From Pelomyxa schiedti (Eukaryota > Protista > Evosea): a DNA stretch of 64,000 bases. Location of the stretch: positions 1-64,000 of the forward strand of contig JAHLWZ010000151.1 in NCBI GenBank assembly GCA_020536535.1. The letters are read 5' to 3'. This document shows, in pieces, positions 24,027-38,338 of this stretch (its first letter is position 1; every line of letters begins with the position of its first letter). The position numbers were made by a program, and so were the translations under genes. The notes under the pieces were generated by a model that searched no databases, had not been told where the DNA came from, and saw only the letters and a program-made list of their open reading frames with translations.

Positions 24027-26805
24027 TTACAGGTGAATGAGATTTTCCGGTGATAACATTTCCGCCATGGAACGAGCCAAGGGCACAGGAACAGCGTTCT
24101 GGGTTGGTGGTCAGAAGAAAACATACCACCGCCACGCCTACCGCGATTTGTTGCATTTGTGCACTTGGTGAACCGAAGAAATACCACGAATCACCAAACC
24201 CTTGTGCTCTCGCATTCTTTTGAAAGGTCATAGTGAAGAGAGATAAGAGAAACATACTTCCCGAATAGAAAAAGTCCTGTTTGTGTGCGGGTGCAAGCAG
24301 GTCCCTTGTGGCGCTCCTGTAACTGTCAAAAATACTTCCTTCCAGCCACGGTGATAGCAACGGAAATTCTTTCTGTCACGAGGCGGTCTTCTATACTGCC
24401 GATAACTTAGTGGAAGAGTACCATCCTTCTGCAGGGGAACATCAAGTAAAGGCTGGATTGGGAAATCAAAATTTACACAAAAGAATCATCACTTACGTGT
24501 TGTGAAAGTACGGTTACGCTACGGTGTAATGTGACTGTGGTGTCTGTTTCCATTCGCATCATTGCTTGATAAGTGGACTGACAAGAGTGGGCATACTCTA
24601 CGCCACCTTCATCCACTGTATCCTCAGCAAGGTCTATGCCCCAACCCTCGTTGATTTCATACTCGGTGTTTGTGTGTCAAACCTGAAATTGCATCCCAAA
24701 CTGTTAGCGGCAATGGAAGGTTTGAATTTACAGGCGGTTTTACAAACCTGGAATGATTTAGATAAAAATTTCTATTTGTATGTGTACTTGCGGAATTTTG
24801 TCTTGCAGAAATTAGGTGCGCTGCAGCCTGTAGGTAACGTGTACTGTGCTGTCGGGAATTTCGGTAAATATATGTCACTTCTGGAGGCCCAGATAAAGGT
24901 GCGCCATCTTGACTGCGGTGCTCCAAAACAACAAGCATTTAGTAAACCAGTTCTGACTTGATATCCCAAAGACACCAAGTTTGATATCAGATACCGCACC
25001 AGGAAAGCATCATTAGGATCAAAAATCCCTGGCACATTCTCAAAGAGCACTACCTCGGGGTGCAATAGTTTTATGTATTTCGCGAATATACGCATCATTT
25101 GGTTGTCTTTATTAAGCAGAGGTCTTATAAGCTCTCGACAGCAGTTGCTCTTGCTCACCCCTTGGCAAGGGGGTCCTCCAATAAGAATTGTGACTTCTCC
25201 AGGGAGAGGTATACAAGGAAGGGCAGAACTGTCAACAGGAGCTTCATATGAGTCCTTCGAATTCTCCTCCATTTCACCTGAGAAGTTGCTATAACGGGAA
25301 CGAAGGAACTCGGAAAGCTCGTCAGCAGAGAGTTCAGCTGGTGCAACCCAGGAGTCAAAAAGGGGGGAAAGTCCTATCCAAGAAACAAGAAACTGCAACG
25401 AGTTCGGTGTGAAGAAGCACAGATCTCTAACATAGGCTATTTGATCATTCTCATTATCATGGTCACGCTCTTCCTCTACACAACTATTGTCCTCAGTGAC
25501 TTAGTTCTGTTAGAATTAAAATGAGTGTAATCAGATGTACTTCTGGGGGGTTTGTGTTGTTTAATCAGCTCTTCTAAAGATAGCAAGAGGGCTTTGGCAC
25601 ATCCTTGAATTGGTATGACATCAGTGTGATTTCGGATGTAAGTCTTCATTGTGTCAGGGTTCTTTTCGACGCCCCATGTAATAGGAAATCCTGCCTACAC
25701 TTAGGTAAACTTGTTGAATAGAGGTTCAATATTCGAGGTTCAATATTCACACTTGCTCAAAACCATGACTAAGTCCACCACACCCACAAAATAGATCCAA
25801 AATGCGGGGTGCCCGAGTGATATCTCTCATATCAGCATTAGGTGGATTGGTGTAGCTGCAGCTATAAAGAAAGTTAAAGGAAAAAGTACAAAAAAAGCGC
25901 CGCACTCTTTACTGTTGTACTCAAGCCTATAAAAATAATGGTTTTTTTGTGCAACCCAATTACGGAATTCGACTCCTTCTGTAGAGGGAAAATATTTAAC
26001 CTAACCTGGAATGTCAACACCATTTGCGTCTGAGGGAGAACCTTACCCAGCATTTGGTTGTGACGCGTGTTGTCTCATAACAGCCAAATGATTTAGGGTC
26101 CTCGCAACTACCCATGTACAATTCACGCTTTTGGTTATGAGGACCCTTACAAAAGGTGTATCTTGGGAACCACAGCCGTCTTATCTTTAGCGGGCAGTCT
26201 CGTTGTGTCTCAGATTTTCCTATAATCTGTCCTACCCACAAAATCCCTCTTCCAGTTTTGCGCGATTTGGTGTGGCCCCGAAATTTGACGAAGTCTTCTA
26301 TAGCATACTGACTCTGCTTGCATCCGGCCTTTTCTGAGCTAGTGTGTGTCTCAACTTGTATTGGTGCAGTAAGTATATTCGTAGTATCGAGTGTCTGGTT
26401 CTGGGGTGCCTCAAAATTCGCTTGGTGCTGGGATTGGAGGGGCTCGTGTATCGACTTGGGAGCTTGGATCTGCTCTACTTGGCCTGCGAAGGGCGCACTG
26501 GGATTTTCAGCACTTCCACCGTTATTCTGCATAGTATAGCTCTCAACTGCAACCGTTTCCTCCGGCCGACAGTTGGCGTGGGTGTCGTCATTCGACGCGA
26601 CTTCGGCGGGGATTTGCTCGGGTGTCTGGGTTATTTCGCCAGGATCGTCGATCACGATGACGTCGTGCGGATCTGGTCTCTGGTTTACGTGTGTCGCCGG
26701 ATCTTCGTCGTCATCGCTGATTACAACTACTTCACCCCTACGAGGCAGGTGTCGATGTGTCCACCATTTCCGTATATTGTCGCTTGTGCGGTTTCTACGC
26801 CACAT
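24027..26805 (-). CDS. Chromomethylase-like C5 DNA methyltransferase: BAH domain plus MTase domain with inserted chromodomain, spliced
   Basis: Motif I ILDLFCGCGG, IV GGPPCQGVS, VI FENV, VIII QSRWR, IX FSIRENARAQGF, X QIANAVP. BAH-like segment YAIEDFV...LWVGQI...RELY...YFYRLEY. Chromo-like segment LQFLVSWIG...DSWVAPAEL at 25300-25445. Confidence 0.88.
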
Positions 26806-27101
26806 TGTTGACAACAATAAATAGGAGATCTCCACATGTCGTGCAAAGAATATAAAAAAGAAGAGCGCAGGGAACAGATGCCAAACAGCACTCGTCGGTT
26901 TAACGTCCAGAAGAAACGTGATCTGGTTGGGTTGGGGTTTTCTGAGGTATCCAGCTCAGCCCGGCGAGTTCACAAACCTATGGATTTGTATCTTAGGAAC
27001 GGGCCCTCTACTCCAGAGCTCTCAGGGAATCTCTGAATTCAGATTTGAAACACAAAAAAAAGATCGTTTGGAACGAAATTTAACAAAAAAGGTTAGGGAA
27101 C

Positions 27102-29404
<2,303 letters not shown>

Positions 29405-29602
29405 AACCCCACCAAACAAACCATCATCAACATCACCATGCATGGCATTGGGTGTGTAAATTACACTCCCTTGTACCATTCCCTATGTTCCACTTATGTA
29501 ACATAAACAAAAAGCAACCAAGTTGTTTCCCTCTATTTGGTTCCCTCCAACTTCGAGTTTCGTTTTCGAACAGTTTGTTGTTATCTAATAACAAAAACAA
29601 AA

Positions 29603-31020
29603 ATGATGGGACAACCTGGGCGTGGGCTGGCATCAGTTGCCTGCCGTCGTGGGTTGAGGGCAATTCCTTTGACATTTACAACAAAAAAAAACGAGGAGTT
29701 TGTGTTTCGGGTGTTGCTCCACGGCACGCCGGTGTCGAGGAGCCTGAGTGCGGCGTTGTTGAGTGACAGGGGTGTGACGGGAGATCTGGCGACAGAGAGT
29801 TTCTTCTTCGTCGTTACGGCGAACGAACTCGTTAAGCTGCATATGAACTGTAAGATCTTGGGTATTGCTTGAGTTTACTGTTTTTGAAGCTCGCACTGCG
29901 ATTACTGTTGCCCTCGCGAGGGGGGACGCGCAAACTTGGTTCGTTTCGTGCACGGTGGACTACAACACTTTCCGTGTTTATCTCACTGATTCGAAGTGTC
30001 TGATATGGTGGGTTCCACTTGTAGGTAATCCGCAATACTCTCTTTCGTGAATTCACATTGGTTTGGATTCATCCTTTCAGACGCATTAATGTATCGTGAT
30101 GGAGACCCCCTAGTTGCGCTGCACTGTGCCATTGGCAGGGGGAAAAGTGGGCCTGACTCGCCACATGTTGAAGCACGACTCATCAGCCCCTGGGGGATTA
30201 CAGTAGCCCCAAATGGAGACTTGTACTTCACGGAAAAGCATTGCCTTAGAAAGTTATCCAAGGGTTTGTATATGAACAGCCTCAGGTGATCCTTACATCC
30301 CTACAATTTTAGGTGTTCTGTCTACTGTAGCAGGAACAGATTACCCAGGTTATCAAGACGGAATTGGATCTACTGCTCGTTTTAAAGATCCTAGGGGAAT
30401 ATGTATAAACAGAGAAAATGGCAACATTTATGTTGCAGATAATGGGAACAACAGAATAAGATGCGTTGACTCGAATGGTAACAAACTACAATTCATTTTT
30501 CCACAATCACCAACCATTAGGAATGGTAACCACTATTGGTGGAAATGGAATTCAACAGCATGCAGATGGAGCTGCCTCTGGGTCAAGTTTTTACTTCCCC
30601 TGGGCTGTTGATACTGACTCTCATGGAAATATTTACGTCTCCGATTTCTGCACACATTCGATTCGAGTTATTTCCCCAAAAGGTTGAACTGTTGTTGCAT
30701 TTGAGCCTCCTCAATTAACGTTTTTAGGAATGGTTTCCACCATCCTATGGCAGCTCGAATACCCAGGGTGCGTAGTAATACAACCTTATACAAGCCATAT
30801 GTACGTGCTTAACAACGGTTCCACTGAAAGCGGGAGCCTGTGCTACGTGAACCTGAGGCTCACGCCGCCATGGGCTATTGTCAAACTCTTGCTGGTTGGA
30901 TGGGCAAAAGACCCCACAAGTTTTTTCTACCGTAGTGCTTTCCCCATACACATCCTTCACGCAATCATAGAATACGCCTTTGGCCTCTGCCTTCCCCACC
31001 CTCTGACCGTCGGTCTCTGA
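29603..31020 (+). CDS. NHL-repeat (beta-propeller) protein, spliced
   Basis: SPWGITVAPNGDLY, DGIGSTARFKDPRGI...GNIYVADNGNNRIR, FPWAVDTDSHGNIYVSD. Start codon is tentative. Confidence 0.85.
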
Positions 31021-31176
31021 GCGTCTATCACTTCCTACTAGTTTGTAGTGACCCTCCTCCGAGGTTTTGCGCAACAAGCATGTTCTTTCTAATGTTGAAA
31101 AAATAAAAAATCAAAAACTTTACAAAGAGTAACAACTATGTATTAAGGGACAAGTTTTTGAGTGTTTTGGGATTGA

Positions 31177-33550
31177 CTAGTAGGCCTTGAAGGCCCCTGG
31201 GGAGTTGTGGCGGAGGTTGGGCATTGGTATGGAGCTGCTGGTTGTGGTTGTTATCGAGGGTGATTCACATGGTGACTCCTGTGCGGGGCTGTTGTTCTGA
31301 GAGGGACTGGCTACAACTGTACTGGACATCCTAAATGAACACCGGGGGAGTTCCTCATACCCTGGAGTCCGAGCTTCTTGCTTCTCCGTGAAGAACTCTT
31401 GCAGGATTTCCTCCTGTGATAAGGGTTGGCAATGTGGTTGTTGCGTATGTTTCATACGCACTTTTGGAATTCTGCTCACTTGGACTTTTCCAGTGAAATC
31501 ACTTTTATACTGCAGGAGAGTCCTGACATTATCAACTTCATGAAGAAAATCTACTAACGTTCGCTTATTGCCAGCAGTATCAATGTCTTTTACCAAGGAG
31601 TGGTGCACTTCACCCTAAATGTATGGTTGATTTAAATAAGTGGTGAAGGAGGAAATCACCTGATACACATAGGCGGTGGCATATTTTCCAGGGAATCTGT
31701 CACTGAACCGAATGACGAAGGATCCTTCTTCATGGCTTGCTAGTAGTGCATCGCAATCGACTTTGGAAATGAACCCGTAAATATATCCTTTTACCCACAT
31801 CGGGCACATGTTCTTTTGGTGCCTCACTTTTTCCAGTCCAGGCCCAAACCATTCCCAGAAGCGATCAAAGGCAGGGAGATTGACAATTTTGCTTTGTTCA
31901 AATTTGAGAGTGCTGAGGTAATCAAAGTCTTTCAGTGTTAGTGGCCGTGTTGGGAACTCACTATGCTGCCTAGTTGCTGCCTACGTGGTTTTGTTATTTG
32001 TTTGTTACAAGGAAGTACACAGAAACCAGGTAATATGTCTGGAGAGTGTTTGCAAACCGGGCCCAGGAAATTTCCATCATCTCTCCAAATGAGTCCATTT
32101 TCAGTAAAATTCCCTCAGAATCACGCCACTGAATGGAGTTGGTCGTGATAATGAATGGTCTGGATTGGTTGCTCTCAACCAGCCGTACACCTGGTTGCTT
32201 TATCAAGAGTAAGGAGCAAAAAAAGGTAATTAAAATAACACACAGCAAGGGCGGGATTGTGGCATTTCATTGGCGCATGTTTGATACTGACATGCAACCT
32301 CAGTGTAACAGGCTTCTTGTTGGTTCCAATAGGGAAGCGTAAATGCAACCTGACCTAGTTCATCGTTAGCTAGAGTTACATTGAGCTGTGCTATACTTTT
32401 CCTTCGTTGTCAAGGTCTTCTGTGGCATTTTCTAGATAAGGCCCTGTTGGTTTCCCATTCTTTTTAGCAGTGGAATGGTATTGAACTATATCGGCCGTTA
32501 CTCGGCCCATGGATCTTCAGGGAAATTGAGAACCTTTTAGAGAGAAAAGAAGCCAACCTTATTTCAATTCTTGAGGGTAAAAGAAGTTGTGCCTCAACTG
32601 GTACCATTTGACCTTTAACTATAGAGCGAGAGAAAGGTTGCTCTGTGATCATGAGAGCGGCTGGGCTATAGAATATCAAAGGAAAAAGTGGAATCCAAAG
32701 ACCTACCAGGGAATAGAATCGGGCCTGACGTAATGCATTAATTCAAGCTGGTATAAATCTAACTGTTTCATACACTTTTGGAGTTGCTGAAAGTAGAGAA
32801 AGTCAAAAGGCACACTAATTGTTTGTACAAGACAGTACCAGTTCCAATTTCTTTGTGTGGAAGACCTCTCCAGGAGAAAGAACTATCTCGTCAAAAATAC
32901 GCATAAGTGTAGCGTGCTCCTGAAGCATGGCATCATACAATTCTTTATGTTGTCTTGACAGTGTCTCAAGACTCTGGTTTGATATTAAAATTCCTCTTGT
33001 GTTACACCCCACATACCGAGGCACATTCAATGGGGGGAAGATCAAGAACGTGCTTTTGGGTTGTCTTAATGTGCTCAAGTGTGACTGAGTACAGTTTCAC
33101 TTTCCCGGCAATTGTGTTGAGAACCTTCAGCTTTGGTCAGGCATTAAAACGCAAAGAGGTAAGCACCTGTTGGACAGCACTAGTGACTGGTTGGAAGGGT
33201 AGGTTCGCTTGGAAATCAGTGTTCTTAACGGTATTGGAATTTGATCCATTCCCGGTGTCAGGTGTAGTTTCTGGGGTTCTCGCAGAAAAGGTTGAGCTGG
33301 TTTTGAGAGGACTTTGTGATGGTGTGGGTGGTGGGGGTGGTTGTGGGGTTTGAGGTGGAGATGGAGGGCGAGAATTCTGATTTTCCAGTTAGGGAAAAGA
33401 GTTAGTCTTGGGAACGGAAGAACGTACAGGAATCTGACCAGAAATCATTGCCAACAGAGACTGTGCTGCCTGATTATTAATGGGTTGAGGGATATTAATG
33501 CCATAGCTTAGCATTTGTTGCTGTTGGGCCTGTTGTTGTGCTTGTTGTTG

Positions 33551-33582
<32 letters not shown>

Positions 33583-34196
33583 ATTGAAGAACTTGTTGTT
33601 GCAGCACCTGTTTTTAAAGGGTTATTCGTTTTCAAAAGCGTCTCCGTACACACTTGTGCAATGGATGCAAATTGAGGTTGTAACAACAACTGTTGTTGCT
33701 GCGCCAACTGTAACTGCTGAGCGTATTGCTGCAGTCTGTGTTGATTACCAGGAAGATTCATCTGAGAAGAGAAGGCGGCCGCTGCCGCTGCAGCGGCCGA
33801 GTTGGCATTAGTGGGATTAGCAGCAGAATTTCCAGGATTTGCAGCAGCCGTATCCACTGGTGGAATATCAAATTCAGGTACAACCCCTGAGGTCGAGCCA
33901 TCTTTACTATAATTTCCCAAAGTTAGTAAGCAGTATCTCACTCAAAGAAAAAATAAGCAGTATCTCACTCAAAGAAAAAAAAAAAAAGGGAAGCTACATC
34001 GAGCATCACAAGAAAGAATAACAAATGACAATGGTGGAGTGCAATGATACTTATAGAAAAGTTCCTCAGGGAGACTCATAAGTGCGCTCAACGCGGGCCC
34101 CGCACCGCGGGGTACGGCCCTCGCCCCCGACCCTCCCCCGCCCGTCGCGGCCGCCGAAGACCCTTGCTGCTGGTGCTGTTGTTGTTGCTGTTGTTG

Positions 34197-34233
<37 letters not shown>

Positions 34234-34559
34234 GACATGGCCTGGAGGGAGTGGGATTGTGATTGTGGCTGTGTCTGCGTGTGCGACTGCGACTGGGACT
34301 GGGACATGGCCTGGAGGTCGCCGCTGTCCCCCCCGTCGTCGCTGGAGGAGCCCCCGCCGCCGCCGCCCGAGCCGCCGCCGTCGTCCTGGTCCGGGTCGTT
34401 CTCCACGTCGGCGGGGACGGCGCCCGAGGAGGCCGACGAGGCGGAGTGGTCGGGGGCGCCCCAGGCGTCGTTGCGGCGCCGCTTGGTGGACGGCGGGGGG
34501 ACGTCGTCGCTGACGAAGCGAGAGTGTGCGAACGCGCTGCTTGTGGTGGCGTTGCTCAT
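31177..34559 (-). CDS. STAT transcription factor of the Dictyostelium Dd-STAT type (poly-Q N-terminus, coiled coil, DNA-binding, SH2), spliced
   Basis: AALMITEQPF, TNSIQWRDSEGILLK, SWARFANTLQ, WVKGYIYGFISK...GSFVIRFSDRFPG (SH2), tail PGYEEL (candidate phosphotyrosine). Confidence 0.92.
34168..34233. repeat. (CAG/CAA)n poly-glutamine tract in STAT; a second tract lies near 33515-33582
   Basis: Visible tgc/tgt triplet runs. Confidence 0.9.
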
Positions 34560-35070
34560 TGCCTGTTGGTACCGGTTCTGTATGTTGTGGCTGGGGGGGG
34601 TTCTTTTTTTTTTTTTTTTTTGGTGGTTTGCTTGGTTGTGTGTTGGTGTGGGTTGGCGACGGTGGGTCGGGCTTGGGTTTTGTTGCTTTTTGGATAAAAG
34701 ACAATGCCGCGAAACCCCCATGCACAGAAAAAATCACACATTGCACAAATTCAGAAAGAGATCTGCAATCTGCAGCTGATTGGACATGTTTGGTTCTCTT
34801 CGAGGGGCACTCACGGTCAATGTGATATAAGTGGTCCTTTTGGAGTGCAAGGCACAAAATAGAAAGTTTACACCTGGGGTGAAACAACAGTTTTTCTGCC
34901 AGGCCATAATAATGGCAATGCCCCCTCGAAAGCCAAGCTTGACTGAGACCACAAAAAATATTTTTAGATTGTAACTGGTTGGAAGAAGTTTACTTCCACT
35001 CATCATAGAGCTCTTCCAACCAAAAACACAATACAGATTTACACTTTACATTGTTTGTTTGGTGCTGAAT

Positions 35071-36475
35071 TTAGTGGTCTTCCAAAAGGGAAAAATCCAT
35101 TTCATCTACGTCAAAGTCTATTGTTGCATTAGAGAATTCTAGTGGTAGGAGCCACCACCTTCATCATTATTTTCCTGGGAAGTACTTGTAGGATCCTTTG
35201 CCTTGATTTTTTCTGTTGAACAGTGAGATTGGGCTGATTTTTGAGACATACTAGGCCGTATGTCCGACAGCTGAGCTGTACCCAATGGCATGTTCTCGTT
35301 TGATGTCTCATGGGATACTATGGTGGCTTCTTCATTTACCAGAACACTACTGTTTTCAGTAGAATATGCTCTCACTTGGACACTTGTGTCCAGGACTGAA
35401 TTGTACTTCTCAGAGGCCATCTGGGGTGGTGCCCCAATAGTGTTATGTACAGAGGTATTGTATTCCCCCGTTTGTTGTGTGCTGTAATCAACAACCTGGG
35501 GATTGTCTGCCTGTGTTTGTTGCTGGCCGATATCAGCAAGGACATTAGGATTTTCAGGCTGTGTGCTGGTGGTGTATGTCTCAAAGTTGGTGGCCTGTTG
35601 TGTGATGTCATAAGTAGTTGGATGTGTACTCAATTCTACGGTCACATTCCTACTGCCTGCAAAATTGATCAACGATTATAGTATCTTTAAGTAGGGGCAA
35701 GAAAATAGTACCACCAAGTTCATGTGTAGGACGAGTAGATGAATGAGATGAAGCCTTGAGGTTTTTAGTGCTTGATGGAACTGGAGCAGGGGATGATAAT
35801 GTTTGGGATTCGTGGCCTCCGTTTACGATCTGGGAATGATGGTTTGCATGGAGAGGCATTCCTGGATCGGGAGCAGTGTTGTGTGGGCTGAGTACATGGC
35901 TGTTATGAGAATCAATCGTTGGCAGCGGTTCTATTTTGCTACGGCGAAGAGAGCCACTGCTACCAACACCTGTAGCAACATCTGCCTTGGGCTCTGGGCC
36001 CGTTTTTCTTCCAGAGTATAAATGAAATTGCACAGTAACAAGGTACTAACCTATTTGCGGGACTATACCCCGGTCTCATTCTTCTGAGAAGCGATTCTTG
36101 TTCAATAGCGTCCCTCTGCCATTGCCAATATACGGTGTGTTTCGCCTTGACTGCCTCCAACCGTTGTGCAAAAGCCTGAAAAATATAAATAAACATACGG
36201 AAAAAAAAGATCTAAAACCACATTCCCAATGAAAGAAAAGACAAGACAAGAAAAGAAAAGAAAAGACAAAAAAAAAAAAAAAAAAAAAACCGTACGATGT
36301 TCTCTGCGTTGATTCTTTCTAGTTCCCTCTTCCTTGCCTCGCGATTGAGGCTCCTCACGCCCACCACGGGCGCCGCGTAACGCGTCGGCGACGCCCGTAT
36401 TTGCGCCATCTTGCTGTCGTGCACCCCGTCTACGTAATCGTTCCACTGTCTCTGTGCCACCTCCGCTTTCCTCAT
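35071..36475 (-). CDS. CFAP97/hemingway-like domain protein with long low-complexity tail, spliced
   Basis: LNREARKRELERINAENIAFAQRLEAVKAK resembles the CFAP97-type motif RxREQRKIERENLxLLKRLEAVKP. The 3' end is approximate. Confidence 0.6.
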
Positions 36476-36622
36476 TCTTTGTGTGTTTTTCGTGCAAAGG
36501 GTCTCGGTCGTTGTTGCTCGTTGCCTGTGCTTTTGATTTTGGATTTCGCCAAAGTGTCGATTTTTTTTTTTTTCCGCAGCTTTGGATTGCCTAAAAAGGC
36601 ACAATGGCATTTAAGTAGAAAG

Positions 36623-38260
36623 CTACGGCACAAGGGCGTTGAGGATCGCTGTCCAGTCGGCGTTGCAGGCGGAATGACGGAGGTCGATGGGTACATTGGA
36701 ATTAAGCTCTAGGAAAGTATGCAGGCCCACGCGGGCCGTGGCGTCGTCGTCGGGAACGTGGTATAGAGCAAGAACGCGAATGTGGGCTCCAGAGGACAGG
36801 AGGATGTGGGCCAATTTCATTCCAGCACCAGGGCCCCCTTGGGACACTGACAGTGTGTGAAGCTTGGGTGCAGAAATGGTAATGTCCTGCAGTTCCTCGG
36901 CGGTGACACACCCCGGTATCTGGACTTTCAGTGAGGTCAGGTATGGGAGCGATACAGTTGATAGAGCATGGATGTTGATAGCTTCAAATACTAGTTTCTC
37001 AAGTCGCAGAGACGAGAGCTCTCGGATACCAGAACATGTAATTATTGTGCCGATTGCTGCCAAAGATGTCAATTTTGTGCATCCAACACGGAGTAGTGGT
37101 AGAGAGACATCTGACACATTTCCGCAGTTGGACAGGTTCAATTCTTGGAGATTCGGGCAAAGCTGTGCAATCATTCTCATACAGGTATCGTCAACTTTGG
37201 TGTTGGTAAGCTTAAGGGTTGTAAGTGTCGGTGGAAAAGGTGCTCGGCAAAGACTAACTGGCGTTTCAGCCATACAAAGAACCTTGAGTCCACGGCACTT
37301 TGAAAGTACTATAGTGGCAATCCGGTCCGTGATACATTCAGAATCGCAAAGATGGAGTTTCTCTAACGTAGTCGGGATCTCTTCAAAAGCTTGGGCAAAG
37401 TTTTCTTGCGCTTCAGTCTCCACACAAAGTAAGTCTGCTGCCATTCGCAAACAGTTCAGCATTGGGTGAAGTTGCAAAGTACAAAACAAGAAGCGGAGTC
37501 CCCGAGGGTCTTTAATGTTAAGTGCTCCTCTAAACTCGACACGCCTTAAGGAGCGCCTACACATATGAGAAATTGAGGTACTAAGTGGGTCAAGGAGTTC
37601 TTTGCCAGTTCTGGAGAAATTCCATGTACTAAAACTTTCAAGAGAAGGCATTGGTACTGCAAGAAGCTTGTGTAATGAACGGGGGTGAACATTTTCAAGA
37701 CTGCAGAGAGTGGAGGCAGCACTGTGCACAAGGCCAAGCTCCATATCTGGGTTGAAGTTGGGGTGCTCCAGCCAAAGTGTATTAAACCTGAACCGAAGGT
37801 CAAAGTTAGAATTAAAAAAGATATGAGCCTTAGGTGTTTGACACAAGAAAACGAGTGGGTGGCTAAAGCAACAGCAAGTCCTTTCAAACGAGGAGCATAG
37901 CCTGTCAAACTAACAGATACAAGTAATCTGAAACCACTGCATACAAGTTCACTCCACTGTTCTTTGGTCACTGTATCTATAGGGTGGGGTTTTCGTGAAT
38001 GTTGAAAGCAAAACTCCACGTCAGTCACAAATTGTAGATAGCATGATGCGCATTGCAACTGTAGCACAGTATTCACATCGCGAAAGCGTATGAAGACCTT
38101 TTTTTTTGTGTGTTTTTCCATGTGGAACTTTGCGTGTCTAAACCTTCTTATTCGCCCACACTGCCGGAAACGATATCAACCTTCGCCATTCTGAACAAAC
38201 GCCCCTCGACAAAACGCAAGTACGCACATCCGCATACTCCGACTCGAACACGTGCAGCAT
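36623..38260 (-). CDS. F-box/leucine-rich repeat protein, spliced
   Basis: F-box end motif RGVCSEWRRLISFPAVW; Cys-containing LRRs such as CPNLQELNLSNCGNVSDVSL. Confidence 0.8.
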
Positions 38261-38338
38261 CTCCTTTTTTTTTTTTTTTTTTTTGAATCGTCCGAATCGG
38301 CATCTTTAGACCAGGAAAGCGGGGCACGCAGGGACGTG

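Noticed and set aside
33928-33981. 27-bp tandem duplication in a STAT intron (also a 14-bp doublet near 25721-25748 and a 20-bp doublet near 45847-45904)
   Set aside because: Ordinary slippage duplications with no evident functional structure.
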